64,000 bases of DNA, taken from Abditibacterium sp. (GTDB lineage: Bacteria; Armatimonadota; Abditibacteriia; Abditibacteriales; Abditibacteriaceae). Location of the stretch: contig CBDASK010000003.1 in NCBI GenBank assembly GCA_965199495.1, forward strand, positions 1,472,001 to 1,536,000. The letters run 5' to 3'. Position numbers and translations under genes: made by a program. Each line of letters opens with the position of its first letter. Positions within the stretch are counted from its first letter, which is position 1. Positions 49,602 through 59,011 of the stretch are shown piece after piece. The notes below the pieces were generated by a model, which was not told where the DNA came from, ran no database searches, and saw nothing but the letters and a program-made list of their open reading frames with translations.

Positions 49602-50513
49602 ATGGCCCAAGAAAATCTCCCCGACATCGAACCTGTAAACGGCAACTCCGTTTCTGTCGCTAAAAATGGGGTAGCCACGCCAGCGACTCTCACTCCCGAA
49701 GATTACTCCGCCAGCGAAAATATCGTGCGCGTGCGCAACGTGAAGCGCACTTATTACATCGGCCAAAACCCGGTTCACGCGCTACGTGGCATTGACATTG
49801 ATATCCGTCGTGGCGAGTTTATGGCCATCATGGGGCCATCGGGAAGCGGCAAATCCACGCTGTTCAACATGGTCGGCGGACTGGACAAGCCGACCGAAGG
49901 CACGGTTTTCATTGACGAAGTGGACATCGCCCAACTTGATCCGGGCGAATTGGCGTGGTTGCGATGCCGCAAAATCGGCTATATCTTCCAGACGTTCAAC
50001 CTGATTCCCGTCATGACGGCACTCGAAAATGTGACTTTGCCGATGATTTTCGCGGGCGCTTCGCTGGATGAACAAATGGAGCGCGGACGCCGCTTGCTGG
50101 AATTGGTCGGATTGGGCCATCGCCTGATGAACAAGCCAGGCGAATTGTCGGGAGGCCAGCAACAGCGTGTGGCGATTGCGCGCGCGCTGGCCAACGATCC
50201 GGCGATTATTCTGGCCGACGAACCGACGGGAAACTTAGATCAGGAAGTCGGCGAAGAGATCATTCAGATGCTTAAGCGTTTGAACAAAGAGAGCGGCGTG
50301 ACGATTATCACGGCGACGCACGACGACAAAATGTATAAGCGTGCCGACCGCGTGGCTGTTGTTCTGGATGGAGAAATTCTGGACGTTGTGCCGCCCGATA
50401 AAATTGGCGACCACACGGTTGACGGCTTCAAAACGCTCAAAGAACGCAAAGCCGAGCGCGACTCCAAGGAAGACCCCGAAGGTCTCATTGCCTCGTCCGC
50501 CGCGACGATGTAG
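49602..50513 (+). CDS. LolD/MacB-type ABC ATP-binding protein
   Basis: GPSGSGKST, LSGGQQQR, LADEPTGNLD. Confidence 0.93.
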   Translation: MAQENLPDIEPVNGNSVSVAKNGVATPATLTPEDYSASENIVRVRNVKRTYYIGQNPVHALRGIDIDIRRGEFMAIMGPSGSGKSTLFNMVGGLDKPTEGTVFIDEVDIAQLDPGELAWLRCRKIGYIFQTFNLIPVMTALENVTLPMIFAGASLDEQMERGRRLLELVGLGHRLMNKPGELSGGQQQRVAIARALANDPAIILADEPTGNLDQEVGEEIIQMLKRLNKESGVTIITATHDDKMYKRADRVAVVLDGEILDVVPPDKIGDHTVDGFKTLKERKAERDSKEDPEGLIASSAATM

Positions 50514-50529
50514 AAATTTAGGGAGAGGT

Positions 50530-50566
50530 GAAACGCTTCCGCGAATTGAATCGTGGAAGCGTTTTT
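50530..50566 (+). terminator. Intrinsic terminator
   Basis: AAACGCTTCCGCGA..TCGTGGAAGCGTTTTT. Confidence 0.75.
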
Positions 50567-50590
50567 GTTTTTGAATTTTTCTCGCAGTTA

Positions 50591-50691
50591 CAGAGCTTGC
50601 GGATTTGAAAGCCCTATATCTGGCGGCGCGGCTGTGAGGATGAGTGACGCGGCCAAACCGGGCGCCACACGCTCAAATTTTGTAAGCTCTG
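50591..50691. mobile_element. Putative 101-bp MITE with TTA direct repeats
   Basis: tta[CAGAGCTTGCGGATTTGA ... TCAAATTTTGTAAGCTCTG]tta. Confidence 0.5.
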
Positions 50692-50695
50692 TTAC

Positions 50696-51298
50696 ATGGA
50701 TTCTTCAAGCGATCTGGGCATGGTTCTGGTGATTTCCGGGCCGTCGGGCGTGGGCAAAGATACCGTCTGGCAACTTGCCCAAAAATGTTTGCCGACTTTC
50801 GGGCGCGCCGTCACCTGCACGACGCGCGCGCGGCGCGAACACGAAATTGAAGGCGAAGATTATTATTTCGTGTCACACGCCGAGTTCGACCGCATGATTC
50901 GCGAAGATGAGTTGGTCGAATGGGCCGAAGTCCACCAGAACCGTTATGGCGTGCCCAACAAATCCATTTTCGAGCGTATTCTCAACGGCAAAGACGTGGT
51001 TTGCGTGATTGATGTGCAAGGCGCCAAACGCATTCATAATTTGTATCCGACTTCGATTTTAGTTTTTATTAAGCCACCCGCAGGTCAGGAAAACGAAGTT
51101 TTGACGCAACGTATTCAAGGCCGCAGCGCCGTTGATCCGTCCGAATTAGCCACGCGTCTGCAAACCGCGTCGTGGGAAATGTCGCAGGTGCAGCTTTACG
51201 ATTATCAAATCACCAACGACAGCCTCGAACGCGCCGCGCAGGAATTGTGCGAACTTATCGAAAAAGAAAAAGCCGCGCGCGAATTGGTGGCGAGCTAA
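50696..51298 (+). CDS. gmk: Guanylate kinase
   Basis: ISGPSGVGKDT, TTRARR..GEDYYFV, IDVQGA. Confidence 0.95.
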   Translation: MDSSSDLGMVLVISGPSGVGKDTVWQLAQKCLPTFGRAVTCTTRARREHEIEGEDYYFVSHAEFDRMIREDELVEWAEVHQNRYGVPNKSIFERILNGKDVVCVIDVQGAKRIHNLYPTSILVFIKPPAGQENEVLTQRIQGRSAVDPSELATRLQTASWEMSQVQLYDYQITNDSLERAAQELCELIEKEKAARELVAS

Positions 51299-51308
51299 AA
51301 ATTCCATT

Positions 51309-51420
51309 AGCCACAAAGGACACAAAGAAGAACGAAGAAAATAAAAAGTAGAGGAACTAATTTACATAGTTTTGCTTTTACAAATTATTTTTTTCGTGCT
51401 TCTTTGTGTCCTTTGTGGCT
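51309..51420. repeat. Inverted repeat AGCCACAAAGGACACAAAGAAG
   Basis: Matches cttctttgtgtcctttgtggct at 51399-51420; AT-rich spacer. Confidence 0.8.
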
Positions 51421-51429
51421 TGACAAATC

Positions 51430-52638
51430 ATGAAAGGCAAAACGATAATTTTGGGCATTGGCGGCGGCATCGCGTCTTATAAAATCGCCGATTTGGCCTC
51501 CAAACTCACGCAACGCGGCGCCGATGTTCACGCGGTTTTGACCGATTCGGCCACGCGTTTTATCGCGCCGCTCACCTTTCAAGCTCTCACACATAATTCG
51601 GCTTTAACTTCGCTATGGGTCGAGCCAAACAATTCCGATGCCGGTTTGAGCGCCGGAATGCCGCATATTGATTTGGCCGACCGCGCCGATTTAATTTTAA
51701 TCGCGCCAGCGACGGCCAACTTGATTTCCAAACTCGCGCGTGGCGCGGGCGACGACCTGCTGACGACTTTAGTTTTAGCCACGCGCGCGCCCATCGCGGT
51801 GGCGCCCGCGATGAATCCACAGATGCTTGCTCATCCGGCGACGCAACGCAATTTGCGGGTTTTGCGCGAATTCGGCTACTCGATTATCGAGCCAGAAAGC
51901 GGGCGCATGGCGTGCGAACATATCGGCACTGGACGACTACCGGAAACTGCGGAATTAATGGATTGGATCCAAAACGCGCTGTTCCCAGTTCGCGATTTGG
52001 ATGGTTTGCGCGTCGTCGTAACGGCGGGGCCGACGCGCGAAAATTTGGATCCGGTGCGCTATTTGTCCAATCGTTCTTCGGGAAAAATGGGTTACGCAGT
52101 CGCGCAAAACGCGGCAGAGCGCGGCGCGATTGTCACGCTAATTTCGGGGCCGACTTCGCTGGCGGCGCCGCCCGATGTCGAACGAATTGATGTGCAAACC
52201 GCATTAGAGATGCGTGCAGCCACGGCGACGGCGTTCGGCGATTGCGACGCCTTAATCGCCGCCGCCGCGCCCGCCGATTTTCGCGCGTTGGAAGTGCCAG
52301 CGCAAAAAATCAAGCGCGGCGAACAAACCAATTTAACGCTCGAACTCGCCGCCAATCCCGACATCGTGCGCGAATGCGCGGCGCGCAAGCGCGACGGACA
52401 AATCGTCGTCGGTTTCGCCGCCGAAACCGGCGATCCGACAATTGAAGCGACGCGCAAACTGCGCGAGAAAAATCTCGATGCCATCGTCGCCAACGACGTT
52501 TCTGCTCTCGACGCGGGCTTCGATGTCGAAACCAATCGCGTGATTTGGATCGCGCCCGGCAAGACCGAAGCGTGGCCGTTGTTGCGCAAAAGCGAAGTCG
52601 CCGCGCGCATCTGGGACGAAATTTTGAAATTACGGTGA
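51430..52638 (+). CDS. coaBC: Phosphopantothenoylcysteine decarboxylase/ligase
   Basis: GGIASYK, APATAN, PAMN, DPVRYLSNRSSGKMG, GFAAET. Confidence 0.96.
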   Translation: MKGKTIILGIGGGIASYKIADLASKLTQRGADVHAVLTDSATRFIAPLTFQALTHNSALTSLWVEPNNSDAGLSAGMPHIDLADRADLILIAPATANLISKLARGAGDDLLTTLVLATRAPIAVAPAMNPQMLAHPATQRNLRVLREFGYSIIEPESGRMACEHIGTGRLPETAELMDWIQNALFPVRDLDGLRVVVTAGPTRENLDPVRYLSNRSSGKMGYAVAQNAAERGAIVTLISGPTSLAAPPDVERIDVQTALEMRAATATAFGDCDALIAAAAPADFRALEVPAQKIKRGEQTNLTLELAANPDIVRECAARKRDGQIVVGFAAETGDPTIEATRKLREKNLDAIVANDVSALDAGFDVETNRVIWIAPGKTEAWPLLRKSEVAARIWDEILKLR

Positions 52639-52654
52639 GAGAAAGTAAACGAAC

Positions 52655-52689
52655 AAAAACGGCTCCGCCACAATTGGCGGAGCCGTTTT
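52655..52689. terminator. Bidirectional intrinsic terminator
   Basis: AAAAACGGCTCCGCCA-caat-TGGCGGAGCCGTTTT. Confidence 0.85.
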
Positions 52690-52703
52690 CGTTACCCTAA
52701 ATT

Positions 52704-54428
52704 TTACTTCGTTTGCGGTTGAATCTGAATGCCGCCGTTACCGCCCATCATGCCGCCCATGCCGGGTTGCTGTTGCGGTTTGATTTTGGCGCGTTCGGCT
52801 TCGGCCAATTTCGGCTCTTTTAGCAAACCGAATTCGGCGGCGATTTGGCCGCGCGTAGCATCGTCGGGATTGAAACCAAACGGCGAGGGCGCCGAAGGAG
52901 CTTCGTCCAATCGCTTGGAGGCCGCTTTCAATTCGTCCAATGCGAGTTTAGGCTGTCCGGCGTCGCGCAGGGCGCGGGCGTATTCGACGCGCAGAGCGGT
53001 GTCGTTCGGCTGTTTCTCGGACGCAGCTTGGAGCGCTTTTAACTGTTCGGGCTTGTTGCCCTGCCCGGCGTAAAGCTGCGCCAGTTGATAGTTAATCGCG
53101 GCGTTTTCCATATCGCTATCGCCGGGCAAAGCCGATTTATATTGTTCGATGGAAGCGGCGCGCGTTTTCTTCTGTTCTTCGGGCGTTTTGGAGAAAAATC
53201 CCGGATCGTTTTGCGCTTTGTAGGCCAGCAATGCCGCATCAGAAATTGTGGGAGTGGCGGCTTTTTTGATCTCGTCCTGCTTTTTCGTCCACGCTTGTGA
53301 ATCCTGATTCTTCTCGTAATCTTCGAGAGCTTTCTTCTTGTTTTTCGCGTAATCGGCGGGCAACTTCAGCGCGCGCTGCTCGACCAAAAAGATATTTTGA
53401 TTGCCACTGGCGTCTTTGATGGGGCCAACCAGCGTGCCCGTGCTTTTGGCGAGTTGATCGCCGATTTCGGCGCCCAATTCGGCGGGCAATTTCCAACCGA
53501 GTTCGCCGCCTTTGGCGCTGCTGGCCGGGTCGTCGCTCTGCGCCTTGGCAATCGCCGCGAAGTTGGCGGCGGTCGGCGCGGCTTTGAGTTGCGTCATCAA
53601 TTTGTCGGCTTTGGCCTGCGCTTCCTGTTCGGCGGCTTTGGGATCAGTCGGCGTTTTGGCGTCGCTCTTGGGAAGGGGCGGGCGCACCACGATTTGACGC
53701 AATTGCAGTTTGGTCTGGCTGCGTTTGTAATCGTCCTCGCTGACTTTGTTGGCGTCCTCGATCTGCTTTTGATACTTTTCCACGTAAAGCTGATCGCGAA
53801 TGCCCTCGCGCTGGTCGGGCGTGATTTTGGACAGCGTGTCGGCTTTGGCCTTTTCCATCGAACCGTATTGCGCCTCGATCAAACGGCGCAGTTGTGCCTC
53901 GGACTGGCCGGGTTGCGGCTCAAAACTCTTGGCGATTTCCTCGTTGATTTTGGCGTCAACGTCGGCATCGGTGATGTTAATCCCGGCGGCTTTGGCGGCC
54001 TGAATCGTGGCGGCGTTGGCGGTCAAGCCTTCGAGTGTGGACTGCTTGCCCGCGAAATAAGACGCCGCCGTGGTGGTCTGTCCATACTGGCGCATGAACT
54101 GTTCCTGACGATCCATCGCGCCCGCGAGGTCGCCCGCCGAAATCGTTTTCTCGCCGAGTTTTGCGACGGTTGCGGTCGAGTTAATCGCGCGCGGGCCACC
54201 GTGCTGCGCCAGTTGGGCGGGTGGGAAGAGCGACGAGGCCATGAAACCGCCCGCCATAATCACGCCCGAACCGACCAAAAACACCTTGACGATGTTAGAA
54301 GCCACGGCGCCGCGACGGATGCCTTCAATGGAAAATGGCGAAGGTTTTTCTTCTTTGTAACGCGCTTTTTCAACGGTTTCGGGCGCCTTTGGACGCTTAA
54401 CCGGAGTTTGAGAATCTTTGACTGACAT
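52704..54428 (-). CDS. Parvulin-type peptidyl-prolyl isomerase (SurA/PpiD/PrsA-like) with C-terminal TPR
   Basis: N-terminal TM, SurA-N region, FAAIAKAQSDDPASSAKGGELGW, TPR-like helices. Confidence 0.82.
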   Translation of the reverse strand: MSVKDSQTPVKRPKAPETVEKARYKEEKPSPFSIEGIRRGAVASNIVKVFLVGSGVIMAGGFMASSLFPPAQLAQHGGPRAINSTATVAKLGEKTISAGDLAGAMDRQEQFMRQYGQTTTAASYFAGKQSTLEGLTANAATIQAAKAAGINITDADVDAKINEEIAKSFEPQPGQSEAQLRRLIEAQYGSMEKAKADTLSKITPDQREGIRDQLYVEKYQKQIEDANKVSEDDYKRSQTKLQLRQIVVRPPLPKSDAKTPTDPKAAEQEAQAKADKLMTQLKAAPTAANFAAIAKAQSDDPASSAKGGELGWKLPAELGAEIGDQLAKSTGTLVGPIKDASGNQNIFLVEQRALKLPADYAKNKKKALEDYEKNQDSQAWTKKQDEIKKAATPTISDAALLAYKAQNDPGFFSKTPEEQKKTRAASIEQYKSALPGDSDMENAAINYQLAQLYAGQGNKPEQLKALQAASEKQPNDTALRVEYARALRDAGQPKLALDELKAASKRLDEAPSAPSPFGFNPDDATRGQIAAEFGLLKEPKLAEAERAKIKPQQQPGMGGMMGGNGGIQIQPQTK

Positions 54429-54503
54429 GGTTTTATTGGGAGAAGTCGGAAGTTAGAAACTTTAAAGCGCTGTTTGGGCCTTTCATTTCTAACTTTTAAC
54501 TCC

Positions 54504-55145
54504 TTAAAGATGAGAAGTGTCGTTGATATATGAAATCACGAGTGGCAAGCCCTCAAGTTTCTCAGACTCAGCGTTTTGCGGCGCGGCAACGCGAATTTTC
54601 GTCAACGAGCAGTTACCGATTTGCAAACGCCGCGCGTTCGCTGGCGGCGCGCCCAGCAGGTGACACAGCAAAACGCGCAGCGATCCGTTATGCCCGACAA
54701 CCGCGACCGTTTGTCCGGCGTGCTTTTCCAGCAACGCGTTCCATTCCGGCTCTAATCGCGCCCACAACATTTGATAACTTTCGCCATCGGGCGGCGCAAC
54801 CAGCCACGGATCGGCGACGCGCTGTTTCCACAATTCGGCGTAATCCGCGTTGATTTGCGCTTCGCTCAAACCTTCCCACGTGCCATAATTGACTTCGTTC
54901 CAGCCTTCCAAACGCGTCACTTTCAAATCATGATCGGCGGCGATTCCATCGGCAGTGCGCCACGCGCGTTGCAATTTCGAAGCGTAAACCGCGTCGAGAT
55001 GCACGTCTTTCAAACGCGTCGCAATGGCGCGCGCTTGTTCGATGCCGCGCGGCGTCAGTTCTAAATCGCGCGCGCCCGCAAAAGTGCGAATCGCGCCCGA
55101 ATTGCCAGCGACTTCGCCGTGCCGAATCAAATAAATCGTGGTCAT
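54504..55145 (-). CDS. Histidine phosphatase family protein (CobC/GpmB-like)
   Basis: LIRHGE, YASKLQRA, EVNYGTWEG, VVGHNG, INDTSHL. Confidence 0.9.
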   Translation of the reverse strand: MTTIYLIRHGEVAGNSGAIRTFAGARDLELTPRGIEQARAIATRLKDVHLDAVYASKLQRAWRTADGIAADHDLKVTRLEGWNEVNYGTWEGLSEAQINADYAELWKQRVADPWLVAPPDGESYQMLWARLEPEWNALLEKHAGQTVAVVGHNGSLRVLLCHLLGAPPANARRLQIGNCSLTKIRVAAPQNAESEKLEGLPLVISYINDTSHL

Positions 55146-55176
55146 AACTTTGGAAATTTAAAAGTTGCCAGTTACT

Positions 55177-55319
55177 GCTCGCTTGTCATGGGTGCGCAGT
55201 GAGGCACGAACGAAGTCGAAGAATCCAAAGGTTGCGCGTTGACTTCGCTTTGGCCTCACCCGGAGTCCTGGATTCTTCGACTTCGTTCGTGCCTCACTGC
55301 GCACCCATGACAAGCGAGC
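55177..55319. repeat. GTCAT..ATGAC palindromic element, divergent copy 3 (perfect 51-bp arms)
   Basis: gctcgcttgtcatgggtgcgcagtgaggcacgaacgaagtcgaagaatcca and its exact reverse complement. Confidence 0.88.
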
Positions 55320-55335
55320 GTATTAAATTAACTCC

Positions 55336-56355
55336 CTACTTTCGCGCCAATCCCGCTGCTAATTCGGCGTTGCGCATCGCCAAATCGCGCCATTTTTGAA
55401 GCGTCGCATTTGGAACGGGTCGCGCTTGTTCTATCAACTGCGGCAAGGTTTGCACTTCGTCGGGCGAACCTAAACTCGGAGCGCCCAACAGTGTAGCCAG
55501 CGCCGAAACTTTCGGGTCGTAATTGAGGGCGACTGTCGAAACTCCCTGCGAAGCCGCGAAAATCAGCGCGTGCAAACGCATCGCGATCATCAAATCGCCG
55601 CTGCCCGCCAGCGCGACCAATTCGGCGGTCGTTTTTCCTTTGACTTCTAATTTCTCCGACGCTTCGACTAAACCGTTGAGAATTTCGTCGTCGGGGCCGG
55701 GCTGCATCGTCAAGAATTTCAGCGTCGCGCCCGCCGCCGTGGCTGCTGTGCGCAGTGCCGCGATTAATTCGGGAATCGCGCCTTCGCTCGCGCCCGGCCA
55801 ACTGCGCAGCGCGATAACCCATCGTTTTGGCCCGCGCTGCACGCCCGGCGCGGGCGCCAAACTCCACACCGGATCGGCGGTGATTTCGACGGCGCGCGTC
55901 ACGCCGATTTCGCGCAGCAATTGCGCCGAAGCCGGGTCGCGCACCGTCGCGATTTCGGCGCCCTGAAACGCCGCGCGCGCCAACTTGCGTGAAATTGGAC
56001 TTTTCAGCGGCCCGACGCCCTGCGCATACATCATCGCCGGTTTGCCGCTCAAACGCGCCATACGCAACACGCCGGTGTAATAAACCACGTTGCGCACACT
56101 GGTCACGTCCTGCAACAACGAGCCGCCGCCTGACAAAAAAACATCGCAGCGTTTAATTGCTTCCATCAATTCGCGCGGACTCTGGCGCCCAACCGCTTCG
56201 CAACCGTGCAGCGTGCGCGTGGCAGAAACGTCGCCCGCCGTCGCGCAAAAGGTGGCATCTGGGCGCTGAGTTTTGAGCGCGCCAATCATCGCCGCCAAAA
56301 CCGCTTCGTCGCCCGCGTTGGCGAACCCGAAATAACCGTTGATGAGAAAATTCAC
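55336..56355 (-). CDS. csaB: Polysaccharide pyruvyl transferase CsaB
   Basis: GYFGFANAGDEA, SGGGSLLQDVTS, AQGVGP, TVRD, MRLHALI, YDPKV. Confidence 0.92.
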   Translation of the reverse strand: MNFLINGYFGFANAGDEAVLAAMIGALKTQRPDATFCATAGDVSATRTLHGCEAVGRQSPRELMEAIKRCDVFLSGGGSLLQDVTSVRNVVYYTGVLRMARLSGKPAMMYAQGVGPLKSPISRKLARAAFQGAEIATVRDPASAQLLREIGVTRAVEITADPVWSLAPAPGVQRGPKRWVIALRSWPGASEGAIPELIAALRTAATAAGATLKFLTMQPGPDDEILNGLVEASEKLEVKGKTTAELVALAGSGDLMIAMRLHALIFAASQGVSTVALNYDPKVSALATLLGAPSLGSPDEVQTLPQLIEQARPVPNATLQKWRDLAMRNAELAAGLARK

Positions 56356-56394
56356 GAGACAAATAGGTTAGCGGATTTCAAATTTCGGATGTCA

Positions 56395-56582
56395 GATTTC
56401 GGATTTGGCGCGCTGTGTCATTTGGAGTGAGGCACGAACCGAGAAATCTTGTGGCCCCGCGCCAGCGGAAATTACGCGATTCCTTCGACGTGAATCACTC
56501 GCAAAATTGCGCTGCCGCGCGGGCGAAAGATTTCTCGGTTCGTGCCTCACTCCAAATGACACAGCGCGCCAAATCCGAAATC
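56395..56582. repeat. GTCAT..ATGAC palindromic element, copy 4, with GATTTCR heptamer flanks
   Basis: gatttcggatttggcgcgctgtgtcatttggagtgaggcacgaaccgagaaatctt and its reverse complement. Confidence 0.88.
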
Positions 56583-56586
56583 GCTT

Positions 56587-57132
56587 TCACTTCACCAGTT
56601 CGAGCATCGCGCGAAAATCTGGGGTTCCGGCTTCGCCCAACAATTCGTAAATCGCCGCCTCGGTCGAAGTCGCCACGGCGCCCGCGCGCATCATGCGCTC
56701 CCAGCCGACGCGACGATTGTCTTCGCGCCGCGACGAAATCGCATCGTAAGCCGTAAAGACGGTGAAATCGTGGTCAATCAAATCGAGCGCGGTTTGCGCC
56801 ACGCAAATATGCGCTTCGATACCGCACAATAAAACGTTCTGACGCCCGCAATTTTCGATGTTCTCGCGCGCGTCGGGCCACGCCGAAAACCGCATTTTTT
56901 CGACCGCTTCAAATTCGCCCAGCGCGCGTTTTATTGCGTCGGCAGTGCCGCCGATTTTCGCCGTGTTTTGCTGCGAAACCACGACCGGCATTTCCAAACG
57001 CCGCGCGAGGGTCGCCAGCATGGCGATGTTGCGTTCCAATCGCTGCGCCTCGAAAATTTCGGGCAGCAGACGCGTTTGCACGTCGCAGATGAAAAGCAGC
57101 GCGTTGTCGCGCGTTAGTCGAGGCTGGGGCAT
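56587..57132 (-). CDS. Isochorismatase family hydrolase
   Basis: ICDVQ, KMRFS, GIEAHICVAQT; start ATG 57132. Confidence 0.88.
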   Translation of the reverse strand: MPQPRLTRDNALLFICDVQTRLLPEIFEAQRLERNIAMLATLARRLEMPVVVSQQNTAKIGGTADAIKRALGEFEAVEKMRFSAWPDARENIENCGRQNVLLCGIEAHICVAQTALDLIDHDFTVFTAYDAISSRREDNRRVGWERMMRAGAVATSTEAAIYELLGEAGTPDFRAMLELVK

Positions 57133-57270
57133 CAGGAGAGAAAGGATATTAAAGACGAACGATAAAAAGTAGTTTTCCCTTGCCAGTATGTAACTTCTGC
57201 GGCATTGCGTTTGCGTCGCTATTTGCGCCGAAATGGGGCGCAAACGCGCCGTTCATATCGGTAAAATATC

Positions 57271-58173
57271 ATGTCGAACACCAAAAATCAATACGCAATG
57301 CAAAATCCCGTGACGCAATATCCCTCTCCGCCGTTTCCCAAACAGCCGCAAAACGCGCCCGGTCTGGCCCAGAAAATGGAGCCGCAACCCGATCACGGCG
57401 AAGAATCTTATCAGGGTTTCGGCAGATTGGCCGGACGTAAGGCGCTGATTACCGGCGGCGATTCGGGCATCGGGCGCGCTGCCGCCATCGCGATGGCGCG
57501 CGAGGGCGCCGATGTCGCCATCGGTTATTTGCCTTCCGAAGAAGCCGACGCCAAACAAGTCATCGAATGGATCGAAAAAGCGGGCCGCCGCGCCGTTGCT
57601 TTGCCGGGCGACATCAAGGACGAAGCGTTCTGCCAAAAATTAGTCGCCGATGCCGTTGAACAATTGGGCGGATTGGATATTTTGGTCAACAACGCGGGCA
57701 AGCAAACTTCGGCTTCGTCGCTCGAAGAGATCACCACCGAACAGTTCGACGCGACCTTTAAAACCAACGTTTACGCGATGTTTTGGATTACCAAAGCCGC
57801 TTTACCGCATCTTCCGGCGGGCGCGAGCATCATCAATACGGCTTCGATTCAGGCGTTCGACAGTTCCAAGAACTTGCTCGATTACGCGCAGACCAAATCG
57901 AGCATCGTGGCGTTTACGCACGCGCTGGCGAAGAATATCGCCGAAAAAGGCATTCGCGTCAACGCCGTGGCTCCCGGCCCGGTCTGGACGCCATTGCAAT
58001 CGAGCGGCGGCCAGCCGCAGGATTCCATCGAGAAATTCGGCGCCAAAACGCCGATGGGTCGCCCCGGCCAACCCGCCGAATTCGGCCCGGTCTACGTGTT
58101 TTTGGCCTCGCAGGAAGCCAGCTACGTCACCGGCGAAGTTTATGGCGTGACCGGCGGCGAAGGTTTGATGTAA
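57271..58173 (+). CDS. SDR oxidoreductase (YghA/YhxD-like)
   Basis: [31 protein letters not shown]. Confidence 0.93.
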   Translation: MSNTKNQYAMQNPVTQYPSPPFPKQPQNAPGLAQKMEPQPDHGEESYQGFGRLAGRKALITGGDSGIGRAAAIAMAREGADVAIGYLPSEEADAKQVIEWIEKAGRRAVALPGDIKDEAFCQKLVADAVEQLGGLDILVNNAGKQTSASSLEEITTEQFDATFKTNVYAMFWITKAALPHLPAGASIINTASIQAFDSSKNLLDYAQTKSSIVAFTHALAKNIAEKGIRVNAVAPGPVWTPLQSSGGQPQDSIEKFGAKTPMGRPGQPAEFGPVYVFLASQEASYVTGEVYGVTGGEGLM

Positions 58174-58191
58174 ATCGTCAAGACGACGTTA

Positions 58192-58235
58192 AAACAATCG
58201 CGCGCGCCGGGAACTCTCGGCGCGCGCGGTTGTTT
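58192..58235 (+). terminator. Hairpin terminator
   Basis: AAACAATCGCGCGCGCCG..CGGCGCGCGCGGTTGTTT. Confidence 0.6.
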
Positions 58236-58246
58236 ATGCACACAGC

Positions 58247-58957
58247 ATGAAAAACCTGAAATCTCCATTATTCTTTGGCGCCGTCATCGTCGGCGCTTCC
58301 GTCGCGCTCTTTGCAGCCAGCGCCGTGAATCGTCCCACCGTCGCCGATGCCGCCACGGCGAGCGCGCAGACCGAAGACATCGCCAAAAAACCGGCGCCCG
58401 TGATCCTGGCCAAACCCGGCCAAAGCACCGCGACTTTCGCCGGTGGCTGCTTTTGGAGCATGGACGCGATTTTCAATCAAGTCAAAGGCGTTGACAGCGC
58501 GCAACCCGGTTATGCGGGCGGCAATTCCAAAAACCCGACCTACGAAGGCGTCGCGCAGGGCGACACCGGTTATGCCGAAACCATCAACGTGATTTACGAT
58601 CCGAAAGTGATTTCGTATAAAGATTTGGTGGATATTTTTCTCACCGTGCATAATCCGACGCAACTGAATTATCAGGGCAACGACACGGGCACGCAATACC
58701 GCAGCGAGATTTTCTATCGCAGCCCAGAGCAAAAGCAAATCGCCGAAACTGCCATCGCGAAACCGGCCTCGGCTTACGGCTGGAAAGAAACGAGCAAAAT
58801 CGTGACGCAACTCGCACCCTACGACAAGTTTTATCGCGCCGAGACTTATCATCTCAACTACTACAACCAACATCCCAACGAAGGCTACTGCTCCGCCGTC
58901 GTCGGGCCGGAAATCGAGCATTTCAAAGAGAAATTTGGCGACCGTTTGAAAAAGTAA
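58247..58957 (+). CDS. msrA: Exported peptide methionine sulfoxide reductase A
   Basis: Signal peptide; FAGGCFW, GTQYRS, AETYH, GYC. Confidence 0.93.
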   Translation: MKNLKSPLFFGAVIVGASVALFAASAVNRPTVADAATASAQTEDIAKKPAPVILAKPGQSTATFAGGCFWSMDAIFNQVKGVDSAQPGYAGGNSKNPTYEGVAQGDTGYAETINVIYDPKVISYKDLVDIFLTVHNPTQLNYQGNDTGTQYRSEIFYRSPEQKQIAETAIAKPASAYGWKETSKIVTQLAPYDKFYRAETYHLNYYNQHPNEGYCSAVVGPEIEHFKEKFGDRLKK

Positions 58958-58971
58958 GCTGGGCCGAAATG

Positions 58972-59008
58972 AAACCGCCGCGTTCGTAAATGAACACGGC
59001 GGTTTTTT
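58972..59008. terminator. Bidirectional intrinsic terminator
   Basis: AAACCGCCGCGTTC..GAACACGGCGGTTTTTT. Confidence 0.78.
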
Positions 59009-59011
59009 GTG

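Noticed and set aside
41164..56582. Repeats considered as a CRISPR array
   Set aside because: They are dispersed inverted repeats, not direct repeats with regular spacers, and no cas genes are present.
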